From: an uncultured Gammaproteobacteria bacterium
Lineage (GTDB): Bacteria; Pseudomonadota; Gammaproteobacteria; Poriferisulfidales; GCA-002705445
DNA: 64,000 bases
Direction: 5' to 3'
Assembly (NCBI GenBank): GCA_913065025.1
Contig: CAJYAP010000001.1
Span: 49,545-113,544, forward strand
Below the pieces are notes generated by a model. It was not told the origin of the DNA, did not search any database, and saw only the letters and a list, made by a program, of their open reading frames with translations. Below, in pieces: positions 30,659 to 39,186 of the stretch (position 1 is the stretch's first letter; the number at the start of each line of letters is the position of its first letter). A program made the position numbers and the translations under genes.

Positions 30659-31637
30659 ATTATCTTTGCCAAGAACTATAATCTTAATTTGTGTAATTTC
30701 TATATTATCTTTTTTTTCATATTTAAATTATTCTCTGAATAAAAATATTTATAATTACGAAAATTTTTCTTTTCAAGTTAATTCTGGTGAAAGCGTAAGT
30801 AAAGTTATTAATAAATTAAAAGAAAAAGGTTTAATAGATTCAGATTTGAGAATTAAAATTATCTCTTATATTTACAATATTAAGCCTCGTTTTATAATTG
30901 GAAAATATTTAGTTGAAAAAAATGAAACTGAAAACACTCTGTTAAGAAAACTTCTTACCGGCCAAGTAATTCAGAACTTTATTACTATTATTGAAGGTAG
31001 CACATATAAGGAAATTCTTTTAACCTTAAAAGATAGCAAACTCATAAAATTTAATAAGAATATTAATTATTCTGAAAAAATATTTCCGTCAAAGATTAAA
31101 TTTGTTACGCCGGAAGGAACTTGTTTCCCAGATACTTATAAATTCTCCTCTGGAATATCAGTTGACAAGTTTCTAAGTAATTGTTCAAGAAATATGGAAG
31201 ATATATTAATGAAGTACTGGAAAGCGCGTGATTATTCATTGCCTTATAAAACTCCTTATGAAATGCTTATTATGGCTTCTATAATTGAAAAAGAAACATC
31301 AGATTTTTATGAAAAACCTATTGTAGCAAGTGTTTTTATTAATAGATTAAATAAAAAAATGCGCTTACAAGCTGACCCAACAGTAATTTATGGTATAAAA
31401 AATTTTAATGGTGATATCACAAAAAAAGACTTAATGGCAAATAACGAATATAATACCTATAGAATTAATGGTCTGCCAAAGACTCCAATATGCTCGCCTG
31501 GTGAAAGATCTATAGAGGCAGCTAGCAAGCCTGCGATTAGCGATTATTTATATTTTGTAGCTAATAATAAAGGCAAGCATGTTTTTTCAACAAATTATAA
31601 AGATCATGTTAAAGCTGTGAATAAATATCAAAAATAA
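30642..31637 (+). CDS. mltG: Endolytic transglycosylase MltG
   Basis: N-terminal TM, EG.CFPDTY, ASIIEKE, MRLQADPTVIYG, YNTY...GLP.TPI, YLYFVA. Confidence 0.94.
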   Translation: MKYINKLSLPRTIILICVISILSFFSYLNYSLNKNIYNYENFSFQVNSGESVSKVINKLKEKGLIDSDLRIKIISYIYNIKPRFIIGKYLVEKNETENTLLRKLLTGQVIQNFITIIEGSTYKEILLTLKDSKLIKFNKNINYSEKIFPSKIKFVTPEGTCFPDTYKFSSGISVDKFLSNCSRNMEDILMKYWKARDYSLPYKTPYEMLIMASIIEKETSDFYEKPIVASVFINRLNKKMRLQADPTVIYGIKNFNGDITKKDLMANNEYNTYRINGLPKTPICSPGERSIEAASKPAISDYLYFVANNKGKHVFSTNYKDHVKAVNKYQK

Positions 31638-31640
31638 ATT

Positions 31641-32273
31641 ATGAAAAAAGGAAAATTAATAAGTTTTGAGGGAATTGAAGGAGTAGGAAAAACAACTACG
31701 ATAAAATCCATAAAGCTATTTTTAGAAGAAAAGGGTATTCAGGTTTACTGCACACGCGAACCTGGCGGAACAAAATATGGTGAGTCTTTGAGAAGTGTTT
31801 TACTTAATAATAAATCAATTATATCGCCTGAAGCAGAACTTTTACTTATGTTTTCGATAAGAAATCAGCATATCGAAGAAATTATAAAACCAAAATTATC
31901 TGATGGTATATGGGTGTTGTGTGATAGATTTATTGATGCATCAATTGCATACCAAGGATATGGAAAGAAAGTTAGTATAAAAAAAATTAAATTATTAATT
32001 AATAACTTTACGGAAAACATTATACCAGATATAACTATATTCTTTGACCTTCCATATGATTTAGCAAAAGAAAGATTCCCTAAGAATAAAAAAAAAGATA
32101 GATTTGAAAATTTAAATAGCATGTTTTTTGATAATGTTTATAAAGGCTATTTAAAACAAGCTAACGAGAATAAGAAAAGAATAAAAATAATCAATGCGAA
32201 TTGTGATAAAAAAGAAGTCAATAATCAAATCATTTTAGAATTAAATAAAGCTTTTAAAGAGATAAAACTATAA
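31641..32273 (+). CDS. tmk: Thymidylate kinase
   Basis: EGIEGVGKTT, REPGG, CDRF..ASIAYQG, DRFE. Confidence 0.96.
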   Translation: MKKGKLISFEGIEGVGKTTTIKSIKLFLEEKGIQVYCTREPGGTKYGESLRSVLLNNKSIISPEAELLLMFSIRNQHIEEIIKPKLSDGIWVLCDRFIDASIAYQGYGKKVSIKKIKLLINNFTENIIPDITIFFDLPYDLAKERFPKNKKKDRFENLNSMFFDNVYKGYLKQANENKKRIKIINANCDKKEVNNQIILELNKAFKEIKL

Positions 32274-32939
32274 ATTACTATATAATATTTTTTTTTCGAG
32301 AATTGCAGTCAGTAAAACAACCTCATTGAAGCCATTTTTTTTTGCTTCTATAATATCTGATGTGCATCCAATACCACCTGATATTATTATCTCAGCGTTT
32401 GGGAATAGTTCCTTTGCGTAGTTAGCGTTTTCTTTATTAATACCATTTTTCATGCCAATATTATCTAAATTCATTGATATAACTTTCTTTGGAGTTAAAT
32501 ATTTGTAATTATTATTTTTTTTAATTAACTTTTTGTTTTTAAAATCTAATGAGAGTATTAAGTTTGAATATCTTTTGTTCACTAGATCTATATAATCCTC
32601 ATAAGTCTCGGTAGCTACAACCTGTATATAATTAGTATTTTTATATCGATTTAATTGACTGTATTTTCTAACCCCGTTATCTATAATAAAATTAATATTA
32701 GGAAATTTGGCCAATATTTTATCTATTAAACTACACTCACTTTTAAAATTCACAATAGAATCTAAATCTGCTAAATATATTGTGTTAAAATGATGAATCG
32801 AGAGTAGATATTGTATGAATGCTAATGGATCAGAACTTGGTGATAGTTTTTTTGAAATTTCACTATAATTACGCTTTTTTCCTTGCATAGCAGTAACCAC
32901 TTTATTATTTTTTAGATCTATAGCTGGTATTAACTTCAT
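32268..32939 (-). CDS. HisA/HisF-related TIM-barrel protein, Orf17 type of methanopterin/methanofuran-linked C1 clusters
   Basis: IPAIDL...VV, YLADLDSI, IDNG, TET, LSLDF, SGGI; lacks the HisA VDLDGA and GGGIR motifs; divergent from the ATP-grasp gene. Confidence 0.75.
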   Translation of the reverse strand: MKLIPAIDLKNNKVVTAMQGKKRNYSEISKKLSPSSDPLAFIQYLLSIHHFNTIYLADLDSIVNFKSECSLIDKILAKFPNINFIIDNGVRKYSQLNRYKNTNYIQVVATETYEDYIDLVNKRYSNLILSLDFKNKKLIKKNNNYKYLTPKKVISMNLDNIGMKNGINKENANYAKELFPNAEIIISGGIGCTSDIIEAKKNGFNEVVLLTAILEKKILYSNL

Positions 32940-32945
32940 AAAATT

Positions 32946-33926
32946 ATGGATATATTAATTTACGAACATATTTTAGGAGGTGGTTGTAATGAAAACCCTT
33001 CCCCTGCAATACTAAATGAGGCAAAACTCATTGTTAGATCATTAGTAGATGATTTAACAAGAGAATATCCTGACTCCAAGATATCACTATTAACAAATAA
33101 AAAAAATAAAAATATATTAAGTAACATAAGTCTAGTTTTTATAGATCACTCAGCAAGTTTAATATTTAATATTGTTTCAAATATAAAAAAAAACGATAAG
33201 GTTTTAATCTTAGCTCCTGAAGAAAATGAAATTATGTACAAGATTGTTAAGGATCTCGAGTCAGAAAAAATTAGTTTAATCAATTGCTCCAGTGATTTTA
33301 TTTATAAAACAACATACAAAGTATTAACAAATAATAACTTAATAAATTCTAATAAATATATTATTAAAATTTATAGCAGCTATAAAAATATTGATAAAAA
33401 TCAAAGTATAGTTGCAAAATCTAATGATGGTCTTGGCGCTGAAAAATTATTTATCTTTAAAAATAGAGAGGATCTTGAGAATAATGAGAAAAAATTACTA
33501 GAAAAACATATTTTTCAAGAATATATAATTGGTGATGTTGTTGGTATAAATATTATCTCAAGTTTTGATAAAATTAATATTCTTTCAGTAAACAAGCAAG
33601 TTTATAAAAAAAATTCTAAAAATGAAATTTTTCTTGAAAAAATTATTTTTGGTGAATTTAATAACATGATAGATATATTTAAAATTTTTGTAAGAAATAT
33701 ATTAGGTAATTTTAGTGGTTTTTATGGATTTATAGGTATTGATGCTATTATAACAAATGATAAGAAAATATTATTTCTTGAAATAAATCCTAGGCTTACT
33801 ACTTCATATATAGGTCTTCATAAAACTTTAGGATTTAACCCTATAAAACTACTTTATAAACAAGATTATAATTATGATGTTAAAGACAATAAAGTTTTTT
33901 CGGTAGATATTACAAATGACAAGTAA
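32946..33926 (+). CDS. ATP-grasp ligase, MfnD (tyramine-glutamate ligase)/Orf1-like
   Basis: IYEHILGGG, LAPE, K.NDGLG, QEYIIG, GFIGID, EINPRLTTSYIGL. Confidence 0.8.
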   Translation: MDILIYEHILGGGCNENPSPAILNEAKLIVRSLVDDLTREYPDSKISLLTNKKNKNILSNISLVFIDHSASLIFNIVSNIKKNDKVLILAPEENEIMYKIVKDLESEKISLINCSSDFIYKTTYKVLTNNNLINSNKYIIKIYSSYKNIDKNQSIVAKSNDGLGAEKLFIFKNREDLENNEKKLLEKHIFQEYIIGDVVGINIISSFDKINILSVNKQVYKKNSKNEIFLEKIIFGEFNNMIDIFKIFVRNILGNFSGFYGFIGIDAIITNDKKILFLEINPRLTTSYIGLHKTLGFNPIKLLYKQDYNYDVKDNKVFSVDITNDK

Positions 33927-34950
33927 AATTTTCTTAGGTTGGGATATTGGAGGGGCAAACACAAAAGTTTGTGTATTCGAAGAAAACTTTAACATAATCG
34001 ATATGCATGTTAAGAATATTACGATATGGAGTAATTTTTATAATCTAAATAATTTTTTCAAATATATTTCTTCATTGTATAGTTCATATGATATTTATAA
34101 TTATATTACAATAACTGCAGAATCATGTGATAACTTTAAAAGTAGACATGCTGGAGTAAATCAAATTTTAAATAACTGTGATTTTTATATTTCTGGAAAA
34201 AAATATTATTATACAAATGATAATTTATACATAAAATACGATGAAGCAACTGCTAATCCAGAACGTCTATATTCAACAAATTGGATGCTTACTTCACATT
34301 ACTTAAATAATTTAAATGAAATAAATTTAATTATTGATATGGGGTCAACAACAACCGATTTTATTTATAAAAATATGAGTATAAAAGATAATATAAATGA
34401 TTATAGTAGGTTACTCAATAACACGTTGTTATATGCAGGAGTTGTTAGAACGCCACTAGCAATGATTTCTGAGAAAATAGAATTTTCTTCTTGCACAATA
34501 CCTTTAATTAAAGAAGTATTCGCAACTACTGGTGATATATTTAATATTACTAATGATATAGATTTTAGTAAATTAGATTACAGCGGTGCAGATAATTTGG
34601 ATTATACAAGAAATAACTCATTTATAAGATTATCAAGATCAATCGGGCTTGACTATGATAAAAAAAATGAACAAAAACTAATTCACCTTTGCGAGTCTTT
34701 TAAAAAAATACTAATGAGTTTAGTATTAAATAATATACGTCTTCTTTACAATGACAATTTAGATGAAATTTCACTTGCTTCAGTCGGCGAAGGAAGATTT
34801 TTAGTTGAAGATTTGGCAATTATAAATAGTATAAAATACAAAGATATAGAAAAAGAAAACTTTTTTTCAATAAAAAATGTAGATGATAAACTTGTTTATA
34901 AAAATTTAACTTCAGCTCTAGTTGTTATGAATTATTTTAAAATTAAATAA
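33916..34950 (+). CDS. Hydantoinase/oxoprolinase-like protein, MfnF/Orf9 type (H4MPT-linked C1 pathway)
   Basis: GWDIGGANTK, TAE..D.F.....GV, STNW, DMGSTTTD, GVVRTP, E.FATTGD, G.GRFL; about 340 aa rather than full hydantoinase length. Confidence 0.82.
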   Translation: MTSKIFLGWDIGGANTKVCVFEENFNIIDMHVKNITIWSNFYNLNNFFKYISSLYSSYDIYNYITITAESCDNFKSRHAGVNQILNNCDFYISGKKYYYTNDNLYIKYDEATANPERLYSTNWMLTSHYLNNLNEINLIIDMGSTTTDFIYKNMSIKDNINDYSRLLNNTLLYAGVVRTPLAMISEKIEFSSCTIPLIKEVFATTGDIFNITNDIDFSKLDYSGADNLDYTRNNSFIRLSRSIGLDYDKKNEQKLIHLCESFKKILMSLVLNNIRLLYNDNLDEISLASVGEGRFLVEDLAIINSIKYKDIEKENFFSIKNVDDKLVYKNLTSALVVMNYFKIK

Positions 34951-34955
34951 CTAAT

Positions 34956-36296
34956 ATGAATAAGATTAAAATACAATATTATAAAAATTCATGTATATAT
35001 GGTGAGTTTATAAAAAAAAATAATTGGTTTATTTATTTAGACAGTTGTAACGATATTGGATCTTTTGGAACCTACGATATATTATCTTGCAATCCATATA
35101 TAAAAATGACAAGTAATGGTAATTTTATAAATATAGAAAACAATGGCGTTAAATCTTCATTTTACGATAATCCTTTTGATGTTATAAAAAAATACTATAA
35201 ACAAAATAATATTAATTCTGAGTTTCCATTTAGCTCAGGAATGATTGGATACTTTGGCTATGATGCACTAAAAACAAGTAAATCTGAAAATCAGGATTTT
35301 CCTGATATCGCAGTCGGTTTTTATGATTGGGCTATTGTTGTAGATCATAATAAAAAAGAAACATATGTTGTATATAAAAAAATTAATACTTTTATCGATA
35401 AAATAGTAGACTATTTTAGTATAAGAAATACTTTTGCAGATAAAAAAACAAAATATAAGTTTTTCAATTTTCATCAAAATACCTCTAAAAGTAATTATAT
35501 TAAAGATGTATTGCTAATTAAAAAATATATTAGTGATGGGGACTGTTATCAGGTAAACTATTCTCAGAATTTTTCTGCAAAGTATGATGGTGATCCATGG
35601 GATATTTATAAAGATATAAGAAAATTAAATCCAGCCCCGTATTCCTCTTTTTTTAGTTTTGACAATAAGTATATTATTAGTTCATCTCCAGAAAGATTTA
35701 TTTCTATTAATAATAATTGCGTTCAAACAAAACCAATAAAAGGAACTCTCAAAAGATTACCGGACCCAAAAGAAGATTTTAGCCAAATTGATATTCTTAA
35801 AAACGATGAAAAAAATTTAGCTGAGAATCTTATGATTGTTGATTTATTGCGAAATGATTTAAGTAAATGTTGTATGCTAGGAACTGTTAAAGTGAGCAAA
35901 TTATTTGAGATTGAAAGTTACGCATCAGTTCATCATATGGTGAGCACTATTGAAGGTAAGCTCGAAAAAAACAATACTTCTATCGATATACTTGAAGCTT
36001 GTTTTCCTGGTGGATCAATTACTGGGGCACCAAAAAAACGTTCTATGGAAATAATTGACGAATTAGAAAATCGCAATAGAGGGGTTTATTGCGGATCAAT
36101 AGGATATTTTGATGAAAATAATAATATGGACACCAATATATGTATAAGAACTATTATGTTAACTAAAAATACTATAAATTTTGCCGCAGGAGGCGGAATA
36201 GTCCATGATTCTAACCCGGAGGATGAATATTATGAAAGCTTAGAAAAAGTTTCTATATTTATTAAATATTTTTCTAATGGGGATTTTAAATGGTAG
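34956..36296 (+). CDS. pabB: Aminodeoxychorismate synthase component I
   Basis: YLDS, GYFGYD, GDCYQVN, NPAPYS, SSPERF, TKPIKGT, AENLMIVDLLRND, FPGGSITGAPK. Confidence 0.92.
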   Translation: MNKIKIQYYKNSCIYGEFIKKNNWFIYLDSCNDIGSFGTYDILSCNPYIKMTSNGNFINIENNGVKSSFYDNPFDVIKKYYKQNNINSEFPFSSGMIGYFGYDALKTSKSENQDFPDIAVGFYDWAIVVDHNKKETYVVYKKINTFIDKIVDYFSIRNTFADKKTKYKFFNFHQNTSKSNYIKDVLLIKKYISDGDCYQVNYSQNFSAKYDGDPWDIYKDIRKLNPAPYSSFFSFDNKYIISSSPERFISINNNCVQTKPIKGTLKRLPDPKEDFSQIDILKNDEKNLAENLMIVDLLRNDLSKCCMLGTVKVSKLFEIESYASVHHMVSTIEGKLEKNNTSIDILEACFPGGSITGAPKKRSMEIIDELENRNRGVYCGSIGYFDENNNMDTNICIRTIMLTKNTINFAAGGGIVHDSNPEDEYYESLEKVSIFIKYFSNGDFKW

Positions 36297-36889
36297 TTGT
36301 TAAGATTGGAGGTAGCCTGCAATCAACAAAATATATTCGGTATTGGATTAAAGCAGTAAAGTTAAATAGAAATACAAGCTTCTTATTAGTTTTTGGTGGA
36401 GGAAAGTATGCTGATGAAATAAGACGACAGCAAAAAATAAAACTATATAGCGATTACGAAGCTCATAAAAATGCTGTTAATGCTATGAAAAGTTTCACAA
36501 AAGATTACTCAAATGAGCTTAAAGATTTTTTATATATTAAGTCAGTTGATAGCATTAAAAAAAACTACAAAAAAAGAAAGCTTTTAACATGGCTGCCATC
36601 TGTTAATGAGGTTGGTAAACTCAATATACCTTTAGATTGGAATGCTACATCAGATTCTATTGCTCTAGCAATCGCAAAAAAAACAAACTCACCATTAATT
36701 ATTGTGAAGTCTTTGAAATTTAATTCAAAAAAATATATGAATAGTTTTTTCTTAAAAGACCAAATTTTGGATAAATATTTTTCTGATAATTATAAACTTC
36801 ATGATCAGAAGATATCAATAACTTCAAGAGATAAATTTTATAAGCTTAAAAAAATTTGTAAAGATTTTTCAAGAAATATTAATTGTTAA
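36290..36889 (+). CDS. Amino-acid-kinase fold protein, MfnE/Orf21-like
   Basis: VVKIGGSL, GGGKYADEIR, AH...V.AM, W.P, WNATSDSIA, IVKS, D..F. Confidence 0.8.
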   Translation: MVVVKIGGSLQSTKYIRYWIKAVKLNRNTSFLLVFGGGKYADEIRRQQKIKLYSDYEAHKNAVNAMKSFTKDYSNELKDFLYIKSVDSIKKNYKKRKLLTWLPSVNEVGKLNIPLDWNATSDSIALAIAKKTNSPLIIVKSLKFNSKKYMNSFFLKDQILDKYFSDNYKLHDQKISITSRDKFYKLKKICKDFSRNINC

Positions 36890-37907
36890 TATTTCTGCTT
36901 AATAATATAGCTATCCATTTTGTGTCATTATTACTCTCAAGTGCTATTTTCATTATCATTGTTAATGGAACTGATAAAAGCATCCCAACAGGTCCCAACA
37001 GCCAACCCCAAAATATTAACGATAAAAAAATTATCAACGTTGATAGACCAAGTTCTTTACCAAGGTACTTGGGTTCTACAATACTCCCCATGACAACATT
37101 TACTATCAAATATATTAGTGCAACTAGTATTGCGTAATAAAAATTTAATTGCACTAAAGCTATTAATATTGCCGGTATCGAGGCTATAATGGATCCAATA
37201 TTTGGAATATAATTTAAAAAGAAAGCTATTAATCCCCATAAGATTGCATGGTCAAGCCCTATAATCATTAATGAAACATAAATTAGCATGCCTGTGATAA
37301 TGCTAACAATTGTTTTAATTGTAAGATATTTATTCATATTTTCACTAAAAGCGTAAAAATTTGTAATTGATCTATCGCTATTGTTAAAAGCTAATTTAAG
37401 TTTCTTTGAAAACCCAGCGGCTTCTAGAAGGGTGAACATAACGATAAAAAGTATTAGAAAATAATTTGTTAAAACATTTCCAAATGCACTTATTGTGTTT
37501 GCTACTGACTGTATTAAGAATGATGGGTCAACATAGTCGTATAAAAAATTAGAGTCAACATTAATATCATATTGTTTTAATGTTGATGAAATATTACCAA
37601 TCTCGTTATATATTTTTTCTTTATATTCAGGTAATGACTTTCTAAAGCTGTTTAATGATGAGCCTATTAATGCAGCAATACTTAAACTAACTGAAATAAT
37701 TGTAATTAGTACTAATGATACCGATATTGGTGTATTAATTTTTTTAGACTGAAAATATTTTAACAGTGGAAAAGATATTAATGCTATAAACATGGATAAA
37801 AAGAAGGGGACTACAATCTTATCCGCTATCTTAAGTCCAGCAAATATTATTATTAATCCACTAATAGTTAGAATTGTTTTATATACTGCACTATTCTTGC
37901 TCTGCAT
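36879..37907 (-). CDS. AI-2E family (UPF0118) transporter
   Basis: Multiple TM helices, WGLIAFFLNYIPNIGS, EPK.LG..LGLS, WGWLLGPVGMLLSVPLT. Confidence 0.9.
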   Translation of the reverse strand: MQSKNSAVYKTILTISGLIIIFAGLKIADKIVVPFFLSMFIALISFPLLKYFQSKKINTPISVSLVLITIISVSLSIAALIGSSLNSFRKSLPEYKEKIYNEIGNISSTLKQYDINVDSNFLYDYVDPSFLIQSVANTISAFGNVLTNYFLILFIVMFTLLEAAGFSKKLKLAFNNSDRSITNFYAFSENMNKYLTIKTIVSIITGMLIYVSLMIIGLDHAILWGLIAFFLNYIPNIGSIIASIPAILIALVQLNFYYAILVALIYLIVNVVMGSIVEPKYLGKELGLSTLIIFLSLIFWGWLLGPVGMLLSVPLTMIMKIALESNNDTKWIAILLSRNINN

Positions 37908-39123
37908 CTTTTTTTAATCTAATTTTTAATATTATGTACCCTATAATACCAGATAAAATAGAACCAAAGAATATTCCTGATTTAGAATATTCTTGCCCGA
38001 AACTAGCTACAGCAGCACTCTCAGGGAAAGCTAACGCATTAATAAACAGACTCATTGTAAATCCTATACCGCAAAGAAATGATACACCTAAAATGTCATA
38101 TATAGTCATATTACTTGGTAAATTGCATAATTTAAATTTAATAGAAATATATGTTAGTAGCGTTATTCCTATAGGTTTACCAAGTAGTAATCCAAGCATT
38201 ATACCCATAGGCACTGTATTTGAAAGAGACGCAAAACTAATCGAGTTTAAATTAATATCTGCATTAAAAAATGCAAAAAGCGGAAGTATAATAAATCCAG
38301 AAAAAGTATGAAGTTTTTCTTCCAAGTATCTGAGAGGAGAGTGGTTGGTTTTTTTAACAGAAAAAGGAATAGTTGCTGCTAAAATTACTCCAGCAATAGT
38401 AGTATGAACCCCTGAATGTAAAATAAAGTACCAAAGAAATAACCCTAATAAAATATATATACTTATAATTCTTACGTTAAATAAATTAATTACCATTAGT
38501 ATTAAAAATGTTGCTAAAGCATAAAGTAAATATATGTATGATATTTCAGCAGTATAATAAAGTGCAATCACCATTACTGCACCTAAATCATCGATTATTG
38601 CCAATGATAATAAAAAGATTTTTAAGCTTACAGGAACTCTATTTCCTAAAACAGATAAAACTGCTAAGGAAAATGCTATATCAGTTGCAGTTGGTATAGC
38701 CCAACCAGCCATAGCTAACGGTTGGTCTTTATTAATAAATATATAAATTATTGCTGGAACAGCCATTCCTCCAACAGCAGCAATCCCAGGCAACAAAACT
38801 TTAGAGAAAGTGGATAATTGCCCATTTATCATTTCTCTCTTTAACTCAAGTCCAATCACGAAAAAAAATATAGCCATCAAACCATCGTTTACCCAGTGAT
38901 GAACGGTTTCTTTAATAATGAATTCATCTATCTTTATGGACAAATATGTATTTTTTACTGAATAATACAAGTTTGAAAAATCGCTATTAGATAATATTAT
39001 TGCCAATAAGCTAAATATTATAAGGAGCACCCCTGAAGATGATTCTGTTTTTAAAAATTTTCTAATAAAATTACTAGAGAAAATTTTAGAATTAAACTTA
39101 AGTGTTTCTTTATTTATTATCAT
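37891..39123 (-). CDS. nhaA: Na+/H+ antiporter NhaA
   Basis: WVNDGLMAIFFF, GLELKRE, GWAIPTATDIAF, AIIDDLG, SGVH, GKPIG, CGIGFTMSLFI. Confidence 0.96.
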   Translation of the reverse strand: MIINKETLKFNSKIFSSNFIRKFLKTESSSGVLLIIFSLLAIILSNSDFSNLYYSVKNTYLSIKIDEFIIKETVHHWVNDGLMAIFFFVIGLELKREMINGQLSTFSKVLLPGIAAVGGMAVPAIIYIFINKDQPLAMAGWAIPTATDIAFSLAVLSVLGNRVPVSLKIFLLSLAIIDDLGAVMVIALYYTAEISYIYLLYALATFLILMVINLFNVRIISIYILLGLFLWYFILHSGVHTTIAGVILAATIPFSVKKTNHSPLRYLEEKLHTFSGFIILPLFAFFNADINLNSISFASLSNTVPMGIMLGLLLGKPIGITLLTYISIKFKLCNLPSNMTIYDILGVSFLCGIGFTMSLFINALAFPESAAVASFGQEYSKSGIFFGSILSGIIGYIILKIRLKKDAEQE

Positions 39124-39186
39124 AATTCAGACATTATATGTAACTTATGTTAACTTTTGTAAAATAATTATAACAAAAATACTGAA

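Noticed and set aside
32268..32939. Annotation as histidine biosynthesis gene hisA/hisF
   Set aside because: Lacks the typical HisA motifs, has no his genes nearby, and its YxADLD motif and neighbours match Orf17 of C1 clusters.
33916..34950. Annotation as true hydantoinase/5-oxoprolinase
   Set aside because: Much shorter than HyuA, no B subunit adjacent, and motifs and context fit MfnF/Orf9.
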